Assembly (NCBI RefSeq): GCF_963921235.1
Contig: NC_086097.1
Coordinates: forward strand, 20,772,001-20,836,000
DNA from: Mobula hypostoma
Taxonomy: Eukaryota
Length of the DNA: 64,000 nt
Direction: 5' to 3'
This document shows, one piece after another, positions 1 to 12,576 of this stretch. The notes beneath the pieces are model-generated. The model made no database searches, was not told where the DNA came from, and saw only the letters and a list, made by a program, of their open reading frames with translations. Positions within the stretch are counted from its first letter, which is position 1; every line of letters starts with the position of its first letter. The position numbers and the translations under genes were made by a program.

Positions 1-592
1 TTTCTATAATTACAATGCATTCATGATGCTTCCTTTGAATCGCACATAATTTTAAACACCCAGTTTTCACACCAACTCACCCAAAATGAGTGTTAATCAC
101 TGCTGTCTCAGAGCTGCATTGATGCATATCTCAGGTGAATAATGTGTTTCCTGGTTTACAATCAACCCCAGTCTGCAGCTCTGGGAACACCATGTTTCGG
201 AGCTGCATTTTTTAAACTCAATCTACAGTCCACATTGAGATCTGAAGCCTGGTTGCTGTTGCAATTAGTATCTGCTGTCTTCTGTAACTCCAGGATATGC
301 CCTAACAGTCCTTCCCCATGGCCTTCCTGGATAAAAATAAATTTGTTCCAGACAGGCCAAACTTTGAGGAGGATCTAATCAAGCAGGCCAGCAAAGATGC
401 CCTGTACTTTAGAGCCCCTTCCCCAAACGATAAAGCTGCATTTTATCATATACTTACATTTACGCTATCACCTCTGATGACAACCTACAAGACTGAGCAG
501 AGCTTGTTCCAGAAATTTGACCAACAGTCGTTTTCTGCTGGCTGATTGCGGTTTAGTCACGTTCTTATTTTCACCCCTCCATTTTCTAATAG

Positions 593-895
593 AGTGGCGC
601 GTGGCCAAGTGGTTAGGGCGTTGGGCTTGTATCTGAAGGTCATGGGTTCGAGTCTCGGCCAAGGCAGCGTGTTGTGTCTTTGAGCAAGGCACTTAACCAC
701 ACACTGCTCCAGTCCACCCAGCTGAAAATGGGTACTGGCAAATGCTGGGGGTTAACCTCGCGATAGACTGGCATCCTATCCGGGGGGAGGGAGGGGGGTA
801 GTCTTGTACTCTCAGTCGCTTCACGCCACAGAAACCGGCATAAGCACTGGCCTGATGGGCCACAAGGCTCGGGACAGACTTTAACTTCTTTTAAA
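593..895 (+). mobile_element. tRNA-derived SINE with CORE/Meta-like central domain
   Basis: Pol III A box (TGGCCAAGTGG) and B box (GGTTCGAGTC), central GTGTCTTTGAGCAAGGCACTTAACC, T-rich tail. 12-bp TSD attttctaatag (581-592) / attctctaatag (896-907). Confidence 0.85.
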
Positions 896-3079
896 ATTCT
901 CTAATAGCAACTCTGAATAAAATTTGTATGTTCAGAGTGATCACATAAGATTTCACTTGTAAATATCAATACTTTCAGCTGGACCTTATCACATCATAAA
1001 GTGAATTGGTTTGAAACCAAGGAAGATGTTTTGTGTAAGGTAAGAGCTCTCTCCTCTCCAAAATATGTAACGGGATCCTTATCATTCATATGAATATTCT
1101 CTCAAACAGATGGAATTTGTTTTTAATGTCCCAACCAGACAACAATACCAAACTGCTGGGGAAAAATTTTTGCAATGTCTCATCCCACGAGACAAGACCT
1201 GTAGTAGTCAGCAGTCTGCCTTGAGAATGTGTGTGCAAACCCTGCCTTGAACTTCAACCCACAGCCTAATCAAAAGCACGCTCTCTTCTTGGAGAGGATA
1301 GAAGTCTGCCGAGGGTCATCAAGGGCCAATGCAGTGTTAATAAAAAGCAGCACTTTGCTTATAGCAGATATTGTTTGTTCCTCTGACAAGCAATGGTGCT
1401 GGAAGGAGGGGGTGGGGGAACCAGAACTGTTCTGATGCTCTTAAATTAGAACAGTCTGTGCTGTCTCAGAGGGCTTGTCGGTCTGAAGAGATCAAAGCCG
1501 GGCCAGATTCTGCCACAGGCACTGCCTCGCCCAATCCTGGAATTAGCAAAAACCTCTGGTAGTGCTCATTCTACCTACTGGAGTACATGGGAGTTGAGTA
1601 TTGTGACCTGCTCTGTAGTCTCGTCAGCAATCTAATCCTGGCTTCCATTTCGAAGACCATACTGCCTGGATATTTTAGCACAAAAATGGAGATGATAAAA
1701 CATCTTGTGCCTGGAGATAACGAGGTTCAGTTGAGGCAATTTGACATTGATTGTTCATCACCTCTACTGCACCCTCAATTTTGGTTAGGGTAATTAAGAG
1801 GTCAGAGATTAGCTTTATTTGTCACATGCATCGAAACATACAATTGAAGTGCATCCCTTTTGTGTCAAAGACCAACACAATTCAAGGATGTGCAAGTGTC
1901 ACCATGCAAACCAGAGCACCTGGAGGAAACTCACACACTCATGGGGAGAACATATAAACACTGTACAGGCAGCTGTGGGAATTGAACCCTGATTGGCGAT
2001 ATAAAGCCTTGCTGCATTACTGGTCTTTGTAGGTTTGCAGAATTCTTCCTAATCTCTGCAACGTGTCTTCAGGATTCCCTGCATTTCCTGCTCCCACATT
2101 CCCAGAATCTCTGGATTGACTTCAGAGGATTTAATAGAGTTTAGGTAAGAGATGCAAGTTAAAATCCCATCGTCTTTAGCTGTGCACAGTTGGATCTGAT
2201 TAATTAAAAGTATTCTGGTTTAAGTTATAACTTCACTAAAGATGAACCAGGAGCTACATGAGGAATATTCTTCTGCCATTTTTCTCTGGCCCAGTTTAAT
2301 GTGACTTCCCCTGAGCCACCTCTGAAATGGGAAATACCTTCAGTTCAAGGGCACTAAGCCATGGACAAGAACTACCAATCAGGACAAGAGCATATAATGA
2401 ATAACTATAAATGAATACTTGAGTGTAGATGAATGAGGCACAACCCCACTGTGAAACCAGCTCTTGAGGGAATTGGCAGGGTGGGCTCGGAGAGGAAGTT
2501 GTCTGACTAAAGCTTCTAAACTGAGGCGGGGGCTTGTCTGAAATCAAGAATTTTGCCATTACAGTCTGAGCTGAGGATTTTTATTTCACTCCATGTGGAA
2601 TGTGACTAGATGTTGAGACAGAGGTTGATGTAGCAGCGAATTGTATTACCTATTTGTTATCATTTTGTATCTCTGATTCTGTTTCTTGGAATCTATTACA
2701 TATTCCCATTTCACGTCCTGCAAAATTTTTAGTGTTTTGCTATTGCTGGGAGATGTTCGATCAATTAAGAGAGAAATTGATTCAACATCTCTTATGGATG
2801 AACTTTCCATGAGGAAAAAGGTCAAATTTCTGATTTGACCTTCCTAAAATTAATGTTGTATGGCCCAGGAGAGTTGACCCTATCTGTACTAGCTCTCACT
2901 TTCTTCATGCTTTCCCCTCTTTCCCTCAAGAGTATAGCTTTAAGGTGAGAAAAGGGAAGTTTCAACCATAAGGCATAGGAGAAGAATTAGGCCATTTGGT
3001 CCATCGAGGTGGTTCCGCCATTCCATCATGGCTGATTTCTTTAACTCTCAACCCCATTCTCCTGCCTCCTCCCTGTAAC

Positions 3080-3540
3080 GCTTCAAAGTTGAAAGTGCAT
3101 TTATTATCGAAGTATGTATACATTAAACAACCTTGTGATTCATCTCCTTACAGGCAGCCACAGAACAAAGAAACCCCAAAAGAACCCATAAAACAAAAAG
3201 ACCATCAAACATCCAATGCGCAGAGAGAGAGGAAAAGAACAAATTGTGCAAACAATAGAAGTAAGCAAATGGCTTCAGAACTGAAGGTTTGCGAAAGACA
3301 AAAAGCCAGACGCCACTGACCAACAGCCACAATCCATCGGGAAATCCAAGCAAAATGCAAGTCCACAGGTGTGAAGTCAGACATCACTCTAGCCAGTACT
3401 ACAGTTCAGCATAGAGCTGTCCTCGCCTTGCCTCTGGTCCCGACACCCTGGCCTTTTCAATCTGGCCCGGTGCTTAAATTGTTCAAACATCAGGTCGCTG
3501 CTCGCTCTGGGGCTTGGACCCCACCGCCACAATTTGGCCC
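3080..3540 (-). mobile_element. Non-autonomous retroelement with LINE-like tail, inserted in a CR1 fragment
   Basis: Starts on plus with ttcaaagttgaaagtgcatttattatc (reverse complement of AATAAA plus a short repeat tail). Homologous to 9226-9960. Confidence 0.6.
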
Positions 3541-5819
3541 TTTCTAACCAAGAACTAATCAACCTGTGCTTATCAACCCAGTGACTTGGCCCCCAGTGTC
3601 ATCTGTGGCAATGAATTCCACAGATTCACCACCGTCTGGCTGAAAAGAGATTTACAAGGCAAGTATTTTTGCACAGTGGTCTAGGTGCTTGGAACACACT
3701 GCCGGGGCCAGTGATGGAAGCAGTAATGTTAGTAATGTCTGACACACTTAGAGGGATAGAGACCGCGTGCAGGTAAATGGGTGTAGTTTAAATCGGGATT
3801 ATGGTCCGCACAGATACTGAGGGTCAAACAGCCTGTTCCTGTGCTATAATTTCTACTGCCCCTCTCCTCCCCCCCCGCCACCATCCTCTATTCCTCACTC
3901 TAACCTTTTACTTCTCACCTGCCTATTACTTCCCCCTGGGTCCCTGATGCACTATCAATCACTCCAAGAGACTGGAAGTCGAGTAAATATTGAAAGGCTT
4001 CTATTAACAGTAAATGGACACACGTCCATGCTGAATATCTGTCCTGGACTGAGGGAGGAGCAGTGGCACAATCGCCTTTATTCAGGGGTCTGTGGGAGGA
4101 GCCACAGGAGCAGTCAGCAGAGGGGCGTGTCCAGACAGGTAACCCAGTTACAGCATATATACGTGGTTTACCACAGTCCCCTCCTCCAACCCTTTCTCCT
4201 ATTGTCCACTCTCCACTCCTATCAACTTCCTTCCTCTCCAGCACTTTGCTTTATATTGTTCTATGTAAAGCTCTACTGAAGGACCTATGCATTTACCTGT
4301 GAAAGTTAATATTAAGTATATTCCCAATTACTCTTTGAACAGAGCGCTGTTATCAAAAAAACTGCTTAAAAATGATCTTAAATATCTTAGCGTAGGTTAA
4401 AAGGTTAGCACAACATTGTGGACTGAATGGCCTGTACCATTCTATGTTCTATATTTCTGCCACTATCAATCATGAAAAATGGTACATTGGTTTTTATTAC
4501 AAGAAGGTTTGATTGCAAGAGTAAAGATTTCTTGCTGCAATTACATGCAGCTTTGGAGAGACCATGCCTGGAGAATTGTGTACTGCTTTGATTTCCTTAC
4601 CCCTGCAGGCGGGGCGCTGAGTGCAGGGAGATGGGGATGGCTCGGCCTGTATTCTCTAGGAGAAAGAAGGAGATTTCATTGAAACTTGCAGCCTTCTGAT
4701 GGAACTCAACAGCTTGGCAGAGACATCTAAAAGCCTTCAGCTATTTTAGATTGATATGAGGAGGAAGTACTCCTCTCAATCCATGCTGAATTACTGGAAT
4801 TCTCTATTCCTGAGAGCTATGGAGCTCGAGTTATTGGGTTCATTCAAAGCAGAGATTGGGTATTTGGGGGATCAAGAGAATAGCAGCAGTGATGTAAAAT
4901 GGCTTTGAAGTGCAATGTCAGTCATGATCCTGCCATATGATGGAACAGAGTTGAAGGGCCAAATGGTCTTCGAATACTCCAGTTTGTTGTTTGGTCGTGT
5001 TTAGGAGATAATTAGTTTATTTTTTGAAAACAGGTTTTGTTGCAGGCCAAGCCATAGCACTGATGTTTGTCAAGTTGCCATGGTGATTGGTAGACACATA
5101 CCCCACCCCTCCCCTCTCCACAGTAGCAGGCACTTTGCTTCAGTGGTCATGCGCTAACCCGCATCAGGGGGTGAGCCCGAGGGTTCAACGTTGATGCCCT
5201 TCCTCCTGACCCTGAGCAGCTGACACTGAATGGGGAGCGGCAGAGAACAGGGGCGGAGGGCAGCTGGAGTCACAGCTACAGCAGTATCAGTATCACCCGT
5301 CAAGGACACCAGTGGAGTGGGCCAACCACAAGCAGCCGTCCTTTGGGAAATGAAATTGATTGTGATGGATCCTGCCCTGCCCTTTCCCATTTGTCATCTT
5401 TGCTTCCTTTCACATCTCTGCCTCTTTCCCCAATAATGTCCTTCAATTGGGATTGCTGGCAGATTCTCTTTCAGCCCTGCAATTTGAGTCCTCCCTGTCC
5501 TCTGCTTTCAGTGTTTTATGGTTCTCCCACCCCGCTGGGATTTATTTCTAATTGCTGACACTGACTTTGGTTCAGACAAACTATTCCTTTGTGACTCTGG
5601 TCACACACAGCATCTGCTTGTTCTGTTTGCTGGACCTTAACAGTACACTCTATGGAAAATGTTGCAGGCTCTTCCTTTCGTTTTAGTTCATGGCTCGTGA
5701 GGAGCTTCAAATTCCATTTATTAGAGTTCTAATCTCAGCTGTATCTTAAAGTGACTTGTGTGAATTTGTGACTGAGGGTTTGCTTTGGCAAGTAAAATCA
5801 CCTCTTTATTTTTGACTGC

Positions 5820-6127
5820 CGTCATCTATCTTTTCTCCTCTCCCTGACTTTTTCTACCCTCTTCCCTCTATTTTTTCCACTTTGCTCTTTCCTCTTCCCT
5901 CTATTTCTCCCTTGCACACTATCTCACTCTGCCCCATTCTACCCCTCCATCTCTGCCCCGTTCTCCCTCTCTGCACCCAGTCCCTCCCCTCCTTCTCTTC
6001 CTCCCTCCATCCCCCCCTCTCCCAACCTCTCTGCTCCCTAGTCTCCCCTCCTCCGTCTCTGCCTTCTCCCTTGATCTCCCCCCTCCCTCTGCACCCTAGT
6101 CTCCCCCTTCCCTCTCATTCTTTCCAC
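5820..6127. repeat. C/T-rich low-complexity tract
   Basis: Nearly pure polypyrimidine on the plus strand. Confidence 0.85.
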
Positions 6128-6649
6128 TAAACAATATTTAGACATAGAAACCTAATACCCATTTTGTGACGTGTATGTGGGACAGGAGCACTGTGTGCAC
6201 TATGTTTGAATGTTTGCCAATCGCTATCCCTTCCCTTTCAAAGCTTGGCCAGTCCCTGCCTTTATGAAAAGGCAGGAGACACAAAACAAAGACAATCAGT
6301 GTCCATGTTCCTCTCCGTTGAGTCATGGATAGCTACTGGCCCTTTAGCCAAGTGATTCCAGGCTGACCTTGGCACCCATCTGTTTTACACTAATTCTGCC
6401 CAATCCCACGTTATCAACAGTGACTTTTGTGCATGTGATTCTGCAACAAGTTACAGAGGCCAGTTAAATCAATCAACCACATGTCTCTGGGATGTGGGAG
6501 GAAATGGGAGCACCTGGAGGAAACCCATGCTGTCACAGGGAGAACGTACAAAATCCACCGAGCCAACACCCAACATTAGTATCGAACCTGGGACAGTGCA
6601 GCTGTACTGCTTGTGCCACTGTGCTGTCCGAAGAGATTGATGTGGACAA

Positions 6650-6820
6650 CTCAGCAGGCCAGGCGGCATCTACGGAAAAAATTGCAGTCGACGTTTCGGG
6701 CAGAGACCCACAACATCCACTGTAATCTTTTCCATAGATACCGCCTGGCCTGCTGAGTTCCTCCAGCATTTTGCGTGTGTTGCGCGGATCTCCAGCATCT
6801 GCAGAGTTTCTCCAGTTTGC
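6650..6820 (+). mobile_element. Penelope-derived fold-back fragment
   Basis: Inverted arms (ctcagcaggccaggcggcatcta / tagataccgcctggcctgctgag). TSD gatgtggacaa (6639-6649) / gacgtggacaa (6821-6831). Confidence 0.75.
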
Positions 6821-9225
6821 GACGTGGACAATTCATCGTCACTATCGTTGCTATTGCTGGACATGGGTGTTTTTGATCCAGAGGTTCGGAAGTCAAGGAT
6901 GCAGGTATACGGCTTGTTGCTGTCAACCATTTTATTAAGGGCAAACAAAAGATCGAACAAAAAAAAGCCGAGAACAAAGAAGTCGGGTCAATCTCATACA
7001 GAAAAACAAGTTCCGACTGAAAAGGTAGCCACATTCCAATGATAACAATTAATCTGTGTAATAGCCAAATGCAAGTGGTATGGCAGCTGCTATAGGAAAA
7101 GCTAAGAAGCTTCTAGAAAAATACACATAAACAGGTGATTATATAAGAGTATAAGCAAGCATTGTGAAGTTAAAGCTACAAGAAAAATATCAATCCTATG
7201 CCCTAATCCAACGCTATTCATGAAGATCCATGTCTCCACTGGCTATACTGGAACACGACCCCACCTTCAGTGGGCAGAAAGCATGAAGTCTAATAACCAG
7301 CTGAGGAGAAGTAAGCACAGGGAGAAGGCCTACTCACCTTTTCTGTTGAGCGTCGTGTGGAGGGGTACAAAGCAGAATAAATGTCAGTAGGCTGAGTTAA
7401 TTAAAGTTAGTGATGGTAGGTGGTTCTTCTAGTTAAATAAAATCATATGGATAACCCACAGAGTTTCACTCCACAAATTCAAAATTAAACAGCATCTGTT
7501 TTTTATTTGAAATTTCTTAGCACCAGACATCAGGCAGGAATGTAATCTGCTAAAAGTGCACGTTAAAAACACTCTTCAACTGTCATTGTATTCTGTGTCT
7601 GAAGCAACATTAATCTCCCGTTAACTAAAATTCATAAGTGTTTGATCTAGTGTACATCTTTTCACTCAAGCTTTCATGCATGTGCTCATGATGATTTTAT
7701 ACATGTTTGTGGCATATGCAAATTTAAGTGAGTGTTTCTGTAAATGCGTAGCGTGTCTACGTGTGGAGATCTCAGACCCCTTGGCTGAAAATGCTTTGCA
7801 CGCATTTGCATGCAGTGAAAGCTCTTTGCTGGCTTTTTCCCTCATCTGTTTGCTGATAATTGTTTCCAAACATTCCAAAAGGGAATGACTCCCGGAATTC
7901 TATTCCACTTCCCAGCTTATTCCACAAACCACTTTTTATTTTTCTTTCCGGCGTAAGTGACAGGGACAGGTGTCCAAAGACGTAGTGATTAGCTTAATGT
8001 ATTTAGAGCTAGTGACCTATATTCAGTTACACCGCAGTCTGTCAGGAGTTTGGACGTTCTCCCCGTGACTGCATGGGTTTCCTCTGGATACTCCAATTTC
8101 CTCCCACATTCCAAAACAGGTTAATTGGCCACCTGGGTGGAATGGGCTCATTGTGCTGGAAGGCTGTGGGATATGATTGATCATTAAAATTTATTTTGTG
8201 GAGTGCCCCTGCCAAGCGTTAGTCTGGCTGTCTGATTTGGACTTGGGTGGTGATGATTAGAGTGACCAAGCATGTTCAAATGCATGCCCAACCAAGTAGA
8301 AGTTAATGTACCTGTACTGACCACTTCCTCTGGCAGTTCAGTCTATATAAGGACCACTCTCTGGGTGGGAAAGATGCCAAGACTTGTTCTGGACCACACA
8401 ATCCAGGTCCACATTTCACTCACTCCTGGGAGGAGGTGCTGTCACAGAACAAGCCTTGATTTGGTGAAGGTGCTACGGAGAAACTCTATCAACTGCCTCC
8501 GGTAATCTTGAAGGATCTTGCAGCCCTGTCTGATGAAGGTTACAGAAGTTATCCGCAGTTCCTGATTAATCCTTTCAGCTTCGCCATGGTTACTGTACCG
8601 TGGGCTTCATGGTCGCGCGGAAGTTGGTGGAACACTTTTCAGCACCAGCAGTAAGATCAGGATTCAATTTCCACTGTTGTCTGTGAGGAATTTCCTTTGG
8701 GTGCTCCCGTTGCCTCGCAAATTCCAAAAGACGCATGGGTTAGGTTTAGTAAGTTGTGGGCTGAAGGCATGGTGGCACTTCCGGTCTGCACCCAGCTAAT
8801 CCTCAGACTGTGGCATTTGTTCCATATTTCGCTGCATGTTTCAATGTTTTGATGTACGTGACAAATGAAGCTAATCCCTAATTTAATCTGGTTTTTAATC
8901 TCTACAAGAGGCAGACCATCTGGTATCTGGGAGATCTCTGCTGGTGGGAGATTGCAATCGTGTCAAGGCTGCATTTGCGATGTCCCAAGGAGCTGAAATG
9001 TCTCCTAAAGATGCATGTTAGCTCTTTCTGAGGTCCTTTACTACAGTGTGGAGAGGGTGAAAGGATGATCAGCAACATCACCCCCTTCTTCGTGCTTCAG
9101 TGATATGATGTGGGGGATTTGACTGAAGGTAAAGAAATTATTTCCTCAAAGGTGATTTGTTAACAAAGATCATAAACCTGCGAGCCCAAAAGTGGAAGGG
9201 TATAGAAAGAACATTTCCCACAAAA

Positions 9226-9960
9226 GGTTCAAAGTTCAAGGCACATTTATTATCGAGGTATATATACATTTTACAACCTTGATTTGTCTCCTTACAGGCG
9301 GCTGCAAAACAACGAGACCCAAAAGAACCCATTTTTTAAAAAAACGTCTAGCACCCAATGTGCAAAGAAAAAAATAGCGGCAAACAATAAAAGCAAGTAA
9401 ATAGTGTTAAGAATTGAAGTCCACAAACGAGAGTCCGTCCACAGATACAGTCTCAGTTCGGTGCAGAGCCAAGTAAATGTCTTGGAGCAGGGAGATGAAC
9501 CGGCCCATCCCCCACCTCAGGCCCCGACACTCTGACCTTTCCAATCTGGCCCGGCACTTAAATCGTCATCCAAACACTGGTTCTCTCGTCTCGATACGCT
9601 CTGAGGCCTGGACCCTGCCACCTCGATTCAGTCTGTTCCTGACCTTTCCAAACTGGTCCCGCACTTAAATTGTCGTCCAAACATCGGGTTCAGCTGCTTC
9701 GACATGCTCTGAGGCCTGGAACCCACTGCCTCAATTTGGCCTGTACCTGATCTTACCAATTCGGCCTGGTGCCTAAATCGATCAAACCTCGGGTCCTGGC
9801 GACGGGCTCACTGCCTCGCCTCAATTCGGTTCTGCTGCATCCAATCGCCTCCAAGTCCAGAGGGAAGTTGGAGGTGATTGCTTGTGATGGTCATTTACCG
9901 GAAAAAGTGCGATTAACAAAATGTTTAGTTGACCTTAGTTCACCAGTACTATCTTAAAAC
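9226..9960 (-). mobile_element. Non-autonomous retroelement with internal ~105-110 bp tandem units
   Basis: Same end as 3080-3540. The unit (ctgacct..ccaa..tggccc.gcacttaaat.gtc.tccaaaca...ctctgaggcctgga) is repeated about 2.5 times at 9530-9790. Confidence 0.6.
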
Positions 9961-11312
9961 CTGAATTGTGTAGATGCGGAGAGGATTACCAACAAAGATT
10001 TGCATTTTATTAGCACCTTTTGTATCTATTTCAGCCAATGAATGCAGCAAGCTTGACAGACAATGTATGCACAGTAAAATCCCACAAATAATGACCAGAT
10101 AACCCCTCTCAGAGATGAGTCCTTTGGATACACTCGGGATAACTCCCATGTTCCTCTATGAACGACGGAATGGATTCTGATCTCCAGCTGAGAGGACAGG
10201 CAATATAGCACTTCCCCAGCACTGGGGTGGAGTATCCGGCTTGGATTTTCCTGCCCATCCGGAGCTTGATTTGAAGTTGCATCCGTCTGATATGAGAGTG
10301 TTACCCCTGAGGCCATGGTCAACACTGTAAGGGTCTTATCAAGGAGTATGACTGATTCTTCACAGAGGCTGAGCTGTTTAGTTATGTACGGCCTGGGGTT
10401 TCTTCTTTGATGGTTGCCCTTTCCTAGGGTCACAGAGCTGTCAGGAATCAAGGAAGGCTGTCATATACTGTCATTAGACTCCTGTCGTTATCAGGATTGG
10501 GCAGGAGTTATTTTATACACTGAACACTCGCAACTTGCCGGTCAGGCTGCACTTTGGATGGCTGAGAGCAGTTCTAGTCACCACGTCACCTCTACTGAGC
10601 ATTATTTATTGATGTAGCAACACAGCATGGAATAGCCCCTTCCACCACTTCGAGCCCCACCGCCCCTCCAACCCCACCATGCCACAACCCCAATTAACCC
10701 TTCCCTAATCACGGGGGAGTTTACAACTTACCATTTAAACTACCTGGTACATCTTCAGACTATGGGAGGAGAGATGGGAAAAATCCACACATTCCACGGG
10801 GCGGACGTACGGAATGGTGCCGGAATTTTACTCTGGAATGCCCCGGGCTGTAGCTAACTGCTAATTTACCACGGTGTTCTCTACAAGGAGTGCTGCGGCA
10901 AGAAAACAGCATCCATCATCAAGGACCCCATCATCCAGGACATGCTCTCTTCTTGCTGCTGCATCAGGTAGGAGGTACACGAGCCTTGGGTCCCAAACCA
11001 CCAGATTCAGGAACAGTTATCACCCTTCAATCATCAGACTCCTGAACCAGTGTGGATAACTTCACTCATTTCAACTCTGAACTGATTCTACAACCTGCTG
11101 ACTCATTTCAAGGACCCTACAACTCATGTTTTCCTAATTATTCGCTTTTATATGTCTTCTTTTGCACCTTGGTTGTCATTCTTTGTTACAGAACGTAGAA
11201 CATAGAAGAGTACAGCACAGGAGCAGGCCATTCAGCCCACAGTGTTGTGCTGAACCAGCCAAAAAGCAAATTGAAAACACCCTACCACTAATCCCTCCGA
11301 CCTCCTATTGTA

Positions 11313-11538
11313 AACAACAGGAATTCTGCAGATGCTGGAAATTCAAGCAACACACATCAAAGTTGCTGGTGAATGCAGCAGGCTATGCAGCATCTCTAGG
11401 AAGAGGTGCAGTCGACGTTTCAGGCTGAGACCCTTCATCCTGACGAAGGGTCTCGGCCTGAAACGTCGACTGCACCTCTTCCTAGAGATGCTGCCTGGCC
11501 TGCTGCATTCACCAGCAACTTTGATGTGTGTTGCTTGA
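11313..11538. mobile_element. Young Penelope-derived palindromic insertion
   Basis: Arms of about 94 bp (11343-11436 / 11445-11538) with 3 mismatches. TSD cctcctattgta at 11301-11312 and 11539-11550. Near-identical to the left end of 24135-24808. Confidence 0.85.
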
Positions 11539-11550
11539 CCTCCTATTGTA

Positions 11551-12575
11551 GATGTTATTGATAATAATATCTCCTCGCTGACGATCAACACTGGCGCATC
11601 TCTGAAATGTGTGCTTAGCTCTCTGCTCTGTCTACACCCACGACTGTGTGGCTAGGTAGAGCTCAAACACCATCTATAAACTTGCTGAGGATGCAACCAT
11701 TGGTGGTGGAATCTCAGATGGAGAAAAGAGGGCGTACAGGAGTGAGATATGTCAGCTAGTGGAGTGGTGTCACAGCAACAACCTCACACTCAATGTCAGT
11801 AAGACCAAAGAGCTGATTGTGGACTTCAGGAAGGGTAAGATGAGGAAACACATACCAATCCTCATAGAGGGATCAGAATTGGAGAGAGTGAGCAGTTTCA
11901 AGTCCCTGGGTGTCAATATCCCTGAGGATCAAACCTGGTCCCAACATATCAACGTAGCTGTACAGAAGGCAAGACAGGGGCTATATTTCATTAGGTGATT
12001 GAGGAGATTTGGTTTGTCACCTAAAACACTCGAAAATGCCTACAGGTGTACCATGGAGAGCATTCTGACAGGCTGCGTCACTGTCTGGTATAAGTGGGGG
12101 TGGGGGGAGCTACTGCACAGGACTGAAAGAAGCTACAGTAAGTTGTAAAATTAGTCAGCTCCATCACTAGCCTCTGTAGTATTTAGGACATCTTCAAGTA
12201 GCAGTGCCTCAGAAAGGCAACATCCATTATGAAGGACCCCATCAACCAGGATGTGCCCTCTTATCATTGTTACCATCAGGAAGGAGGTACAGGAGCCTGA
12301 AGACACACACTCAACGATTCAGGAACAGCTTCTTCCCCTCTGCCATCTGATTCCTAAATGGATATTGAACCTATGAACACTACCTCACTTTTTTTCCTGT
12401 TTTTGCAGCATTTTTAACTTGACTATTTAATGTGTGTATGTATGTGTGTGTATATATATATATAAAAAATATACTTACTGTCACTGATTTACCTTTTTTT
12501 CTACATTATCATGTATTGCATTGTTCTGCTGCCACTAAGTTAACAAATTTCACGACATATTCCAGTGATTCTGAA
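11551..12575 (+). mobile_element. Rex1/Babar-like LINE 3' fragment (degenerate RT C-terminus and tail)
   Basis: Translates EWCHSNNLTLNVSKTKELIVDFRKG...SSFKSLGVNI..D.TWSQHI, with stops and frameshifts; tail ends in gattctga. Confidence 0.8.
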
Positions 12576-12576
12576 T

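Noticed and set aside
593..670. tRNA gene
   Set aside because: A and B boxes are present, but the sequence continues into a SINE core and tail with a TSD, and no proper acceptor stem is evident.
825..875. Hammerhead in the SINE tail (gaaaccgg...ctgatggg)
   Set aside because: The box is CUGAUGG rather than CUGANGA, and only one hairpin lies between GAAA and CUGA, which fits no hammerhead topology.
5105..5176. Plus-strand exon candidate (ctctccacag ... gg|gtgagc)
   Set aside because: Splice-like motifs only; no recognisable peptide or partner exons.
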